A stretch of DNA of 64,000 nucleotides, from positions 9,604 through 73,603 of the forward strand of contig JAUXOC010000039.1 in NCBI GenBank assembly GCA_030682495.1. The letters are read 5' to 3'. The stretch comes from Alphaproteobacteria bacterium. GTDB lineage: Bacteria > Pseudomonadota > Alphaproteobacteria > Micavibrionales > UBA2020. The stretch's first letter is position 1. Every line of letters begins with the position of its first letter. Positions 48,499 through 57,332 of the stretch are shown here, one piece after another. The position numbers and the translations under genes are program-made. The notes beneath the pieces are model-generated. The model ran no database searches, was not told the DNA's origin, and saw only the letters and a program-made list of their open reading frames with translations.

Positions 48499-49701
48499 AT
48501 GGATTTGCGCATCCCTCGCACGCCCGAAGATGACGCTGGCGGCGCCCCGCTTGATCTCGCCGCTGCTATCCGTGAATTTTACAGCGACTTTCCGGAGCAC
48601 AAAGACGATGTGTTCATCCTCAATCATCAAGCCTTCACACGCGGGCGCGATGCGATTGAGGCGCTGGCGCCGCAAATCGCTGCGCTCGAAGCGCGTCATC
48701 CGGAAGCAAAAACCGGCATGGCAAAATCTTTTGCCCTCGGCGGGTTTGAAGGCAAGCTGCCGATGAGCGTGAACATCTCCGAATCCATGTTCAACAAGAA
48801 ATCCGAAAGCCAGATTTTTGCGCGTATCGTTATTCCGGCGGGCGACCAGTTCAGCGCGACGCTGCTGAAGTCTATTTTTGTTGCGGGCGATCACCAACCT
48901 AACGCGCGCTTCCCGACCATGGCAGAGGCGCATAACAATACCGAAATGTGGCAGCGCTATGTCCTCGACCATGAACTAGGACATGCTGTGACGATGTTGA
49001 CGCTGGATAAACAGAGCATGAAGACCAGCAGCTTCGGCAACAAGGCGGAATGCGAGGCAGATGCCTATTCGATGATCCGCCATTATCAACGTTACGGTGC
49101 AGGCAGCAGCTTCCCTGAATATGTGCGCGACCTGCGTAACATGAACGCCGTGCATAAAATGGACATCACCCATTGGACATCACGTGCGGTGCAAAAAGTC
49201 ATCGACCTCAACAAAGAAGACAAGCTGAAAGACCTGACACCGCAAGAGGCGCGTGATCTGGCCGTGAAAATCGCGCAGGAAACGCATTTGTCGACCGATG
49301 CCGAACACAATGTCGGCAAGGCTTTCAAGCCTATCGTTATGGGCACCATGACTCAAAAAATGGCAGATGCTGACAAGATTGCGTATTTGCGCGATGCAGC
49401 GGCACGTACAGGGGCTGAAACAAAATCCCCCGCAGTACTGGAAATCTGCAAGCTCTATATGGACACGATCGGGCGTTATATCCCCGCGCATCTGCCGCAA
49501 AGCAAAACGCCGGAGCAGGCGCAGAACATTGCAGAAAATACACGCCTGATGGCGGAAAAAGAATTGGCCAGAGAGCCGCAGATGACCGGCCTTGGCCGTA
49601 TTTTCCGCGACGCCATTCTGGATGTTCAGTCCGGCAAGGGAGCCGCGCAGAACGACAACAACAAGAAGCCGCCGCAAGGCCCGAAACCGCCGCGGTCATA
49701 A
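48499..49701 (+). CDS. Hypothetical protein with a zincin HExxH motif (putative metallopeptidase); no signal peptide
   Basis: 400 aa. 'RYVLDHELGHAVTML' is followed 24 residues later by 'ECEADAYSM', a zincin-like third-ligand context. The C-terminal tail is Pro/Lys/Asn-rich. An AT-rich 145-bp region lies upstream. Confidence 0.6.
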   Translation: MDLRIPRTPEDDAGGAPLDLAAAIREFYSDFPEHKDDVFILNHQAFTRGRDAIEALAPQIAALEARHPEAKTGMAKSFALGGFEGKLPMSVNISESMFNKKSESQIFARIVIPAGDQFSATLLKSIFVAGDHQPNARFPTMAEAHNNTEMWQRYVLDHELGHAVTMLTLDKQSMKTSSFGNKAECEADAYSMIRHYQRYGAGSSFPEYVRDLRNMNAVHKMDITHWTSRAVQKVIDLNKEDKLKDLTPQEARDLAVKIAQETHLSTDAEHNVGKAFKPIVMGTMTQKMADADKIAYLRDAAARTGAETKSPAVLEICKLYMDTIGRYIPAHLPQSKTPEQAQNIAENTRLMAEKELAREPQMTGLGRIFRDAILDVQSGKGAAQNDNNKKPPQGPKPPRS

Positions 49702-49784
49702 GCTGCGGGTTTTGCTTGCGATATTTTGCGCGGGGCGTTCGTTCAGTCGGTCGCCCCGCGCTGCTTTTGCATAGGGATAGAGAA

Positions 49785-49851
49785 GATGCCGGCGGCGCAG
49801 GCTTAGACAAGGTGCCGGGCGGCACGGGCCTAGACAAGGTGCCGGCGGCAC
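49785..49851. repeat. About 26-bp tandem repeat (2 good copies plus 1 partial) covering the 3' end of the hydrolase gene
   Basis: 'tagacaaggtgccgg' occurs at 49804-49818 and 49831-49845, each followed by (g)cggcac. A partial 'gatgccggcggcgcag' lies at 49785-49800. The second full copy holds the stop codon (49830-49832). Confidence 0.85.
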
Positions 49852-50606
49852 CACAGCATGATGGTTTCGGCGACGAATAAGGCATCATCGCCGCGGTTTT
49901 CAAACAAATGTGTGGCGGCATCGTCAAGGCGGATCAGCTCGGCATCCGCCTTTGCCGCGCGCGCAGTGATGGTTTCGGCATTATCGTAGCTGACAATACG
50001 GTCGTGCGGGGCGTGAAAGACCATCAGCTTGCGCGTGAGCGCCGCGGTATCTTCCGCCACGGTTTGCGACAGCATATCAGCCACAAAATGCGCGCCGAAA
50101 TGGTGCGGCGTACCCAAAACATTGATGGTGGCGCCATCTTCAGTTTCATCGATATCGCCATTGCGGCGGAATTTGGCGATAACCGCGGCTGGGTCGCTGG
50201 GCGATCCGATGGTGGCGATTAACCCGATATCCGGCATATGCCGCACGGCTGACAGCGCCGCCGTGCCGCTGATGCTATGGCCGATCATGATTTTCGGTGC
50301 GGTGTCATGCGCAGAAAGGAAATCATAGGCGGCGCGCATATCGCTGATGCGGCTGGTGAAATCGGTATCGGCCGCGCGGCCTTCGCTGCCGCCGACGCCT
50401 GTCACGTCAAAACGCAGCATGGCCACGCCGTCTTCGGCCAGTGCACGGCAGACTTTGGCGGCGGCATGGGTTTCCTTCGGGCAGGTAAAACAGGGGCCAA
50501 ACAGACCGTAAAACAGCGGCGTATCTGCCGGTGCGTCTAGAATAGCGGCCAGATTTTGGCCGCGGCCGTTCGGAAAAGAGACTTTGGTGCTGGTGCGTGT
50601 ATTCAT
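49830..50606 (-). CDS. Alpha/beta hydrolase
   Basis: 258 aa from 'MNTRTS' (ATG 50604-50606). Nucleophile 'GHSISG', 'FHAPHDRIV' (Asp), 'AATHLF' (His). Confidence 0.65.
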   Translation of the reverse strand: MNTRTSTKVSFPNGRGQNLAAILDAPADTPLFYGLFGPCFTCPKETHAAAKVCRALAEDGVAMLRFDVTGVGGSEGRAADTDFTSRISDMRAAYDFLSAHDTAPKIMIGHSISGTAALSAVRHMPDIGLIATIGSPSDPAAVIAKFRRNGDIDETEDGATINVLGTPHHFGAHFVADMLSQTVAEDTAALTRKLMVFHAPHDRIVSYDNAETITARAAKADAELIRLDDAATHLFENRGDDALFVAETIMLWCRRHLV

Positions 50607-50679
50607 GTGCAGATTATAAAGAAAAGAAAAAGCCGCAGGCAAGAAAAATGCCTGCGGCTCTTGTCTTTAAAGGGGCTGT

Positions 50680-51309
50680 TTATTCACCTGCAGGCGCGTC
50701 AGGTGCGGCAGGCGCTTCACCGCCTTTGCGGAATTCACCGCGTTTTTTGTGTTCGCCGTCTTTGCCTTTATGCTCGCCCCATTTACCGCCGCGCTCTTCA
50801 ATACGCTGGCGCATTTTGGCTTTGGCGGCTTCCTGTTCTTCCGGCGTCATTTTTTCGAGCCGTGCTTTCATATCGGCGTTCCATTGTTCACGCAGTTTCA
50901 TATGACGCTCTTTCAGCGCGGCTTTTTGCTCCGGCGTCATCGCGTCATAGGCGGCCTTGCCTTTTTCACGCTGGGCGGCTTTTTGCTCGTCACTCATGCC
51001 CTCCCAGGCTTTGCGCTTTTCCTCCATATAGGCGCGCTTCTGCTCGGCGTTCATGCCTTCCAGCTTGCCCAGTTCTTCTTCGCTCGGGATGCCAAAGCCG
51101 CCGCCGCGTTTGCCGCGGTGTTCGCCTTTTTCGCCTCTGTCACCACGTTCTTTACCCCATTTTTTGCCGGGAGTGCCTTCGCCACTGCGCTCTTTGGCGG
51201 CGGGGGTGGTGGGGGCGGCGGTTTCAGCCGCGGCGGGGGTGGATACGGCAAGCCCGAAAGCCAGCGCGATTGCGGAAAGAGCTATCAGGCGGGTTGTGGT
51301 GGGGGTCAT
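50680..51309 (-). CDS. Periplasmic LTXXQ-repeat (Spy/CpxP/ZraP-like) protein with Gly/Lys/Glu/His-rich ends
   Basis: Signal peptide 'LIALSAIALAFGLAVSTPAAA'. Four repeats: 'MNAEQKRAY', 'MSDEQKAAQ', 'MTPEQKAAL', 'MTPEEQEAA'. Flanking segments 'GKKWGKERGDRGEKGEHRGKRGGG' and 'GGKWGEHKGKDGEHKKRG'. Divergent from the ECF sigma operon. Confidence 0.6.
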   Translation of the reverse strand: MTPTTTRLIALSAIALAFGLAVSTPAAAETAAPTTPAAKERSGEGTPGKKWGKERGDRGEKGEHRGKRGGGFGIPSEEELGKLEGMNAEQKRAYMEEKRKAWEGMSDEQKAAQREKGKAAYDAMTPEQKAALKERHMKLREQWNADMKARLEKMTPEEQEAAKAKMRQRIEERGGKWGEHKGKDGEHKKRGEFRKGGEAPAAPDAPAGE

Positions 51310-51524
51310 GTTGTTACTCCTTTGATTTTAATAAAGAAAACCTATACGGCCGCTGTGGCCTTCAAGATTGTCACGCGCAAAAGACGTAAACCATGCGCGA
51401 AAAAGGTTTTAAAAAAACCGTCTATATCATACATAAAAACCAGCCGCCGCGCAGGATTTCGCCGCCCGTGCCGTGACATAAGCGGTACAGGCCCTAAAAC
51501 GCGATCTTCACAAGGGGGCGGACA

Positions 51525-52163
51525 GTGTTGCAGCTCAGACCTTTGGACCAGCGGATGCAGGAGCCTTTGAACATAACCCAGAGCACGGACGAGGCACGGG
51601 ATGACGCCCAGCTTATGTCACGCATCGCCACAGGCGACCAGCGCGCGCTACAGGCCCTTATGCAGCGGCATCTGGGACGTACGGTGCGTCTGGCCACGCG
51701 GGTATTGGGCAGCACGGCGGCCGCCGAAGACGTGGCGCAGGAAGCCTTTATCCGCGTCTGGAAACATGCTGACCGCTGGGAAACACCCGAAGAAGCCGGC
51801 GCAAAATTTTCGACCTGGCTTTACCGCATCGTCCTTAACCTGTGTATTGATGAAAAACGTAAAAAGACTTTTGGCAATATCGACGATGTACCGGAACAGC
51901 CCGACAGTGGACCCAATGCCGAACGCCGGATGCAGCAGCAGGAGCAATCCGTCCGCGTCCGCGCCGCGCTGGCGCAGCTGCCGGAGCGTCAACGATCTGC
52001 TTTCGTTCTGTGTTTCTACGAAGACTTTTCAAACCGCGAGGCGGCAGACATGCTCGGGATCAGCGTCAAGGCGCTTGAATCTCTTCTGGTGCGGGCGCGC
52101 AAGGCTCTACGCGACCTTCTACAGGGCGAACGCGACGATACTCTTCAGGAAAACGGGGGATAG
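51525..52163 (+). CDS. ECF-type RNA polymerase sigma-70 factor
   Basis: Region 2 'AEDVAQEAFIRVWKHADRW......FSTWLYRIVLNLCID'. Region 4 'LPERQRSAFVLCFYEDFSNREAADMLGISVKALESLLVRARKAL'. GTG start with a GGGGG SD; an alternative ATG is at 51555. Confidence 0.87.
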   Translation: MLQLRPLDQRMQEPLNITQSTDEARDDAQLMSRIATGDQRALQALMQRHLGRTVRLATRVLGSTAAAEDVAQEAFIRVWKHADRWETPEEAGAKFSTWLYRIVLNLCIDEKRKKTFGNIDDVPEQPDSGPNAERRMQQQEQSVRVRAALAQLPERQRSAFVLCFYEDFSNREAADMLGISVKALESLLVRARKALRDLLQGERDDTLQENGG

Positions 52164-52166
52164 GCC

Positions 52167-52619
52167 ATGATGACACGTGACGAATTTACAGACCTGCTTG
52201 ATCTTTACGGCGCTGATCTGTCGCGCTGGCCGCAGGACCGTCTGAAGGCCGCCCTGGCCCTGACCGAAAAAGATACCGAAGCCCGCGCACGTTTCGACAG
52301 CATGCTGGCGATGGAAGAGCATATGCGCGCATATACCGCGCCGCAGAGCGATCTTTCCGCGCTGGAAAGCCGCATTCTTTCGGCAGTCGCGGCACTGCCT
52401 GCGCAGCAGACAGCCGTTGTATCAGAAGGCGGTTTCTTGCGCTGGCGTCCGGCCTTTATCTTTGCGCCATCGGGCGGGCTTGCCGTGCTGGCGGTGATCG
52501 GTTTTTTCATCGGTATGCAGCCTGCGATCCAGCCGGAAAAGCTGATGAACGCGGTTTATTACCAGACAGAACAGATTCTGGTCGATGACAGCGAATTTTA
52601 CGACGGGAGAATTTTTTAA
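52167..52619 (+). CDS. Putative membrane-spanning anti-sigma factor
   Basis: 150 aa, starting 4 nt after the sigma stop. Cytoplasmic helical N-terminus and one TM helix (GGLAVLAVIGFFIGM). The call rests on position and architecture only. Confidence 0.5.
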   Translation: MMTRDEFTDLLDLYGADLSRWPQDRLKAALALTEKDTEARARFDSMLAMEEHMRAYTAPQSDLSALESRILSAVAALPAQQTAVVSEGGFLRWRPAFIFAPSGGLAVLAVIGFFIGMQPAIQPEKLMNAVYYQTEQILVDDSEFYDGRIF

Positions 52620-53279
52620 ATGAAACCGCAAAAACTGACAGTCGTCCTTGCGGCGGCGCTGTTTCTGTCTCTTTCGGTGAATTTCTTTTTGGCCGGTCTG
52701 ATGCTGGGCGATGCGGTTGCACCCGTCCTGTCGTTCGATAGCCCGAAAGACAAGCCGGTGGCCAGCAGCCGTGAGCAGCGCCGTGCCGAATGGCAAAAGC
52801 GCGAAGAGACTCTCTTTGCCGCTCTCGGCGATGCCGACCGTGCGGTGATGAAACAGTCCAAAGAAGCCTATGACGCGATTTTCGACGAACTGCGCCGCGC
52901 TCTTGACGAATCCCGCGCCAAAGTGGCCGCCGCGATGGACGCAGAGCCGCTGGATCAGGAAATTCTTGATGACGCGATTGCGACCGAAGCGGCGATCAAA
53001 TCCCGCTTGCTGCAAGAAATGACGGCCGCGCGCCTGAACACCATCGAACAGCTCTCGCCCGAGGGCCGTGCGCTTTTGCGCCAGATGATGCCCCTGCGCC
53101 GCGGTGGTGGAAGGCCGCCGATAATAGAGCATGGCGGAAAGCCGCCGCACGGTGGACGTGCCATGATGCCGCCGCACGAAATGCCTGTGCCCCCGCCCGA
53201 GCAGGACGAATTACCGGAAGAGGCTCCCCCGCCGCGGCACGATGATATAGAACAGCCTCCTGCGCCCGCGCTGCCTTGA
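52620..53279 (+). CDS. Periplasmic heavy-metal-sensor/Spy-like helical protein with a Pro-rich tail
   Basis: The ATG directly abuts the previous stop (TAAATG). Signal anchor 'VVLAAALFLSLSVNFFLAGLML', a helical core, 'QLSPEGRALLRQM' as an LTXXQ-like element, and a C-terminal 'PPHGGRAMMPPHEMPVPPPEQ'. Confidence 0.5.
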   Translation: MKPQKLTVVLAAALFLSLSVNFFLAGLMLGDAVAPVLSFDSPKDKPVASSREQRRAEWQKREETLFAALGDADRAVMKQSKEAYDAIFDELRRALDESRAKVAAAMDAEPLDQEILDDAIATEAAIKSRLLQEMTAARLNTIEQLSPEGRALLRQMMPLRRGGGRPPIIEHGGKPPHGGRAMMPPHEMPVPPPEQDELPEEAPPPRHDDIEQPPAPALP

Positions 53280-53370
53280 TTTTTACGCGGTTAAGCGGCC
53301 GTCTTGATTGGCGGGGTCGTTTTCTGCTATCCTGCCGGACAATAATCAACGTAAGAAGGGAGTGCCTGCC

Positions 53371-53526
53371 ATGAAAAAGTTCAAGAAATGGATACGCTGC
53401 CTCGCGCTTGTGACCGTTCTGCTGGCACCGCTGAGTGCCTGCAACACGATGGAAGGCCTCGGCCGCGACACCAAAGCCGCAGGCGACGCGCTGACCGGTG
53501 CCGCCAAGGATAACAAAGGCTATTAA
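53371..53526 (+). CDS. Entericidin A/B family lipoprotein
   Basis: 51 aa. The lipobox 'LLAPLSACNTMEGLGRDTKAAGDALTGAA' matches the entericidin pattern (L-x-A-C-N-T-x-x-G-x-G-x-D). A GAAGGGAG SD lies upstream and a terminator follows. Confidence 0.72.
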   Translation: MKKFKKWIRCLALVTVLLAPLSACNTMEGLGRDTKAAGDALTGAAKDNKGY

Positions 53527-53542
53527 GCGGCCTTTTCGCCAT

Positions 53543-53576
53543 AAAAAAACGCCCGCATGGTTGCGGGCGTTTTTTC
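53543..53576. terminator. Bidirectional intrinsic terminator
   Basis: A-run, stem acgcccgca (53549-53557), loop tggt, stem tgcgggcgt (53562-53570), T-run. Confidence 0.72.
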
Positions 53577-53591
53577 TATGTCTTGGTATTT

Positions 53592-56500
53592 TTAGCGCTT
53601 CGGTGCGGCGCGGTCTTTTGTTCTGTGCAATGTGGATGCCAGACGGGGCAGCGGATAGCGCAAGGTATCGCCGGTTGACAGCGGCGCGGTGGCCGCACTG
53701 AAGTCTGCGTTCAGCTCTGGCAGTTTGCGGGTTTCCTGTTTCGCTCCCATGGCCTGTGCCAGCAGATAAGGCGCGGCATCGTCGGTCAGGGCGGGTTTGA
53801 CGGAAATTTCAAAAGACTGTGCCATCGACAGGGTCTTGCCAAGGTCGCGTACCCACGGCATTTTCTGCGTCTGCTTCATCGCTTCGCCGCGGCCTTCTTT
53901 TTCAAGACGGTCAAACAGCGTGCGTGTCCAGATACGGTCAAGGCTGACATGGTACTTGTCCTGATCTGTGTGGACATAGGTCTGCTCTTGCGCGGGGCTA
54001 TAGGCAATCAGCGATGCGCGCGAAAGGTTGATGACATCCGCGGGTACTTCGGCCGTGCCGACGCCGTCCTTGGCCGGGTTTTCAATCAGGTTGGAGCCGA
54101 CGGTTTCAAAGCCTTTTTCCGACGCCAGTTTTTTCAGCGCGGCATAGGCGGTATCAGCATCGGTTTCCGTGCTCAGAATGTCCTGACCGACGATCATGTA
54201 AAACATGTTCTTTTCAGCGTTATAATAAGCATCTTCGATCATGCTTGTATGCGCAATCAGGTTTTCGACGGCGATCACGCCGGGAGATTTTTTCAGGCCT
54301 TGATAGAGCGCTGCGGCGAATTCCGGATCTTCCGTGCGAACAAAGCCGGGTTTGCGCGTCGGGCCGTATTTGTGGCAGGCGAAGCCAGCTTCGCCTTCGC
54401 TGCCGTCTTGGTAGCTCAGGTAGCCGAGGGCGCGCAGGTTGAGCGCCAGTGTATCTGCGGCCTCCAGCGGCGCGGCAAAGCCGTTGTCACCATTGATAAC
54501 CGCTGCGATTTTGGCGGCAGCAGCCTTGCCGGGCAAGGCGATGCTGTAGAGATATTCACCGCTCTCGGCGTGTTCCAGAAATTCGTCAAATTCTTTGCTC
54601 TCGGCGCGGAATTCCAGCGTCTTGCCATCGCCGCTGAGGGAGAGGATGGACGCCGCCTGCGGGTTGAACCAGATGCCGCCAAGGTCGAGCAGCGGCTCCT
54701 GCGTTTGCAGGCGAATTTTACCTTCCAGCACATGTGCGGCACCGTATTTGTCGACAAGAAGATGTGTGCCGTCTTCCAGCGGTTGCAGCAGCAAAACAGA
54801 TTTCTGGTTGATGCTGAATGTGCCGCCGCCTTGCGGGTCGTCTTCGTGCAGGAAATCCGCGCGGCGGTGCAGCGCTTCGGCCTGTGCGTCGGTGCCGTTG
54901 AAATCACCGGTATGGCGGTGCCATGCGATTTTGGTGCCTTGCGCCGAGGTGACGATACGGTCGATGTTTTCCGGTTTGACAAGGCCGTCGTATTCGGGCT
55001 CAAATCCGGCTTTGCGCTGGATGAGCGCGAGTGTTTCATCGGCCATGTGCTGGCTGACGTTTTCCTGCAACAGCTGGCCAACGCCGCTGATGGTGAAGCG
55101 CAGTGTTTTCGGCTCTGGATTGTACCAGATGTTCGCGATGCGCGACAAATTGGTCAGCAGGCGGTCATTGTCAAGGCGGATGTTCTCGCCCGTAAAGGCG
55201 GCTTCCATGCCGGAGAGAATTTTTGCAGCGGACGGCGCCGATGCATTGTCGGCGGCCTGATGCAGAATATTGGCGCGCACGATGTTGCTGGCATAGGGCT
55301 CGATCAAGGCCGCGACCCAGGCCAGTTTTTCTTTTTCAGAGAGGCTGTCCGAGGAGACAGCCTGCTCCAGCCAGCCGCCGCTGCGGGTCAACTGCGGGCG
55401 CAATTCGTCAAGCCCGCCGTTCAGGAAGCTGGTGGCCAGCATTTTGCGGGCGGCATTGATTTCAAAAGTTTCATCTGTCGACAGGCTCGGGATGATCTGT
55501 TCGGCGATAAAGGCGATGGCTTTGGCCGCGCTGCCTTTGACGGCGTTGCTTTCGGCGCGCCATTCGTCATGCATGCCGGCGGCGATCAGCGCTTCGGTCA
55601 GCTGGGCGATCATTTTGGGCGATGCGCCGGTTTCGGTAATTTGGCGGGTAATCGACTGGTCGGGGTATGTCAGCGCCCAGAGCGCCATAAAAGCCTGACC
55701 TTTGTCGGTGGTGCCGATGCTACGCAGGGTGTGCAGCAGGGCGGCGGTGTCCTTGTCTTTTGCCGCGGCGGCGAAATCGGCGACTTTTCCGGCAAGGGCA
55801 GTATCCTGTGCGCCAAGACCGGCCAGAATTTTTTCGTTCGCGGCGCCGATGCGCGCCGGTTCTTCCGCAAAACGCGCGGCGATGCGGCTGAACGGCGTAT
55901 TGTTCGGGGCGTAAAGCTGCAGCAGGTGAAATCCGCTGTCGATCTCGCGGCCTTTGCCTTTGCGCAGCTTGGTCAGGGTCAGTTCAAGCGCGGCGGGGTT
56001 TAGCGGTTCGGGCTTCAGCACTTCGCCGAGGACGCGCTCGAAGATCTGCGTGTCGGATTTCAGACCGGCAATTTCGAATTTAGGCTCATGGCTGAGCGCA
56101 GCAGACAGCAGCGCAATGCGGTCGGCATCTTTTTTGACATGCGTCAGCGCAAGCTCGGCAAAGCTATCAACGCCAAAATCGGTCAGCAGCAGTTTTTTGC
56201 TGCGCTTGCTTTCGGGGGTTTCCTCGCGCGGGAACAGGCCGGGCATCAGCTTGATAAAGCCGTCGATATCCTGCGTGTCCAGCTTGCGCGCCAGCGCGGA
56301 ATAATCAAGCGCCTGTGCGTTCAGACGCTGTGCGCGGCCCTGGTTCACTTCGGCATAATCGCTCTGGGCGAGGTCGATGACGTATTGCGGGTTCTGGTAT
56401 TGGTGCATCATCACAGGGGTGATGGCCTGCGGCTCTTCCGGCTCCAGATTTTCGCCGACCCAGTCCATGAAGCTGTCGACATAGTAATGACGGTCGCTTT

Positions 56501-57095
56501 GCAGGCTAATCAATTCGCCGCGCAGGTTGCGCCAATGGCGTCTGATCGCTTCTTCTTTGCGGCGCGCCTCTTCTTCAGGGTCTGCACCTTTGAACATGCC
56601 GCCGAGGGATGACCAAAAGCCTTTTTTCTGATCGTCTTCGCTGGCAGCAGGAATCTCGATGCGGGTATTCAGGCCGATGGCCTCGACGGTTTCGCCTTCT
56701 TTGGGGACGCGTACAGCGGGCAGATCTTCAAGAATATCGGCGGGAAAGCCGCGCGGCGCATCACTGATGGTTTTGGCCAGTTTGCCATTCTCGCCGAACT
56801 GCGCGCGCGCCAGAGCGGTAAAATCCTGCATATTGAGGATGAAACCGGCGGTTTCTCCCAGCTCGCCCAGAACCTTGAGCGCTTTTTGCTCGTCTTTATC
56901 AAAAGTGATGGCGCGGACAAGGCGGTGGTGGCCGACGATGATATTGTTCTGCTGTTGCTCCAGCCAGTCGCGGATGGAATCGGTATTGCGTTCCAGCGTG
57001 GCGAGGTAATCGCCCAGCTGGTCGCGCAGATGGGCGAGCACATGCACGTCATCCGGCAGTTTGAAAGGTGTCGTCGATGGAGTGGGATCGGCCAT
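53592..57095 (-). CDS. Very large (about 1167 aa) orphan protein; no signal peptide, TM helix, repeat or known domain recognised
   Basis: Uninterrupted ORF. The start is placed at 'MADPTPSTT' (ATG 57093-57095) because the 23 upstream codons to 57164 are AT-rich and atypical. Composition is normal, while the antisense ORFs are Arg/Gly/Ala shadows. Confidence 0.7.
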   Translation of the reverse strand: MADPTPSTTPFKLPDDVHVLAHLRDQLGDYLATLERNTDSIRDWLEQQQNNIIVGHHRLVRAITFDKDEQKALKVLGELGETAGFILNMQDFTALARAQFGENGKLAKTISDAPRGFPADILEDLPAVRVPKEGETVEAIGLNTRIEIPAASEDDQKKGFWSSLGGMFKGADPEEEARRKEEAIRRHWRNLRGELISLQSDRHYYVDSFMDWVGENLEPEEPQAITPVMMHQYQNPQYVIDLAQSDYAEVNQGRAQRLNAQALDYSALARKLDTQDIDGFIKLMPGLFPREETPESKRSKKLLLTDFGVDSFAELALTHVKKDADRIALLSAALSHEPKFEIAGLKSDTQIFERVLGEVLKPEPLNPAALELTLTKLRKGKGREIDSGFHLLQLYAPNNTPFSRIAARFAEEPARIGAANEKILAGLGAQDTALAGKVADFAAAAKDKDTAALLHTLRSIGTTDKGQAFMALWALTYPDQSITRQITETGASPKMIAQLTEALIAAGMHDEWRAESNAVKGSAAKAIAFIAEQIIPSLSTDETFEINAARKMLATSFLNGGLDELRPQLTRSGGWLEQAVSSDSLSEKEKLAWVAALIEPYASNIVRANILHQAADNASAPSAAKILSGMEAAFTGENIRLDNDRLLTNLSRIANIWYNPEPKTLRFTISGVGQLLQENVSQHMADETLALIQRKAGFEPEYDGLVKPENIDRIVTSAQGTKIAWHRHTGDFNGTDAQAEALHRRADFLHEDDPQGGGTFSINQKSVLLLQPLEDGTHLLVDKYGAAHVLEGKIRLQTQEPLLDLGGIWFNPQAASILSLSGDGKTLEFRAESKEFDEFLEHAESGEYLYSIALPGKAAAAKIAAVINGDNGFAAPLEAADTLALNLRALGYLSYQDGSEGEAGFACHKYGPTRKPGFVRTEDPEFAAALYQGLKKSPGVIAVENLIAHTSMIEDAYYNAEKNMFYMIVGQDILSTETDADTAYAALKKLASEKGFETVGSNLIENPAKDGVGTAEVPADVINLSRASLIAYSPAQEQTYVHTDQDKYHVSLDRIWTRTLFDRLEKEGRGEAMKQTQKMPWVRDLGKTLSMAQSFEISVKPALTDDAAPYLLAQAMGAKQETRKLPELNADFSAATAPLSTGDTLRYPLPRLASTLHRTKDRAAPKR

Positions 57096-57332
57096 CGTGC
57101 CTGTTATCCTTAGATGTTTGATATGAACCGTAGGCAATATAGCACCCGTATTTTCTTTATGCAAATCTTTTTCCGGAAAATGAATTCAGAAAAAATTGTC
57201 AATTATTTCATGGTTTTAGCTTTACAAACGGCGTGGTTTGTCTAGCATGCGCCCCGTGCCTTTTGACCGGTCCGCGCGGGACTCGGCGAGGGATGTTTTA
57301 ACCGGCCCCACCCCCCTTTGGAGACAGACAAG

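Noticed and set aside
50556-51570. Plus-strand ORFs 50556..51389, 50749..51570 and others overlapping the LTXXQ-repeat gene.
   Set aside because: They are generated by the repetitive GAA/AAG/GGC codon content of the real minus-strand gene. Their translations are Phe/Ala/Gly/Arg runs.
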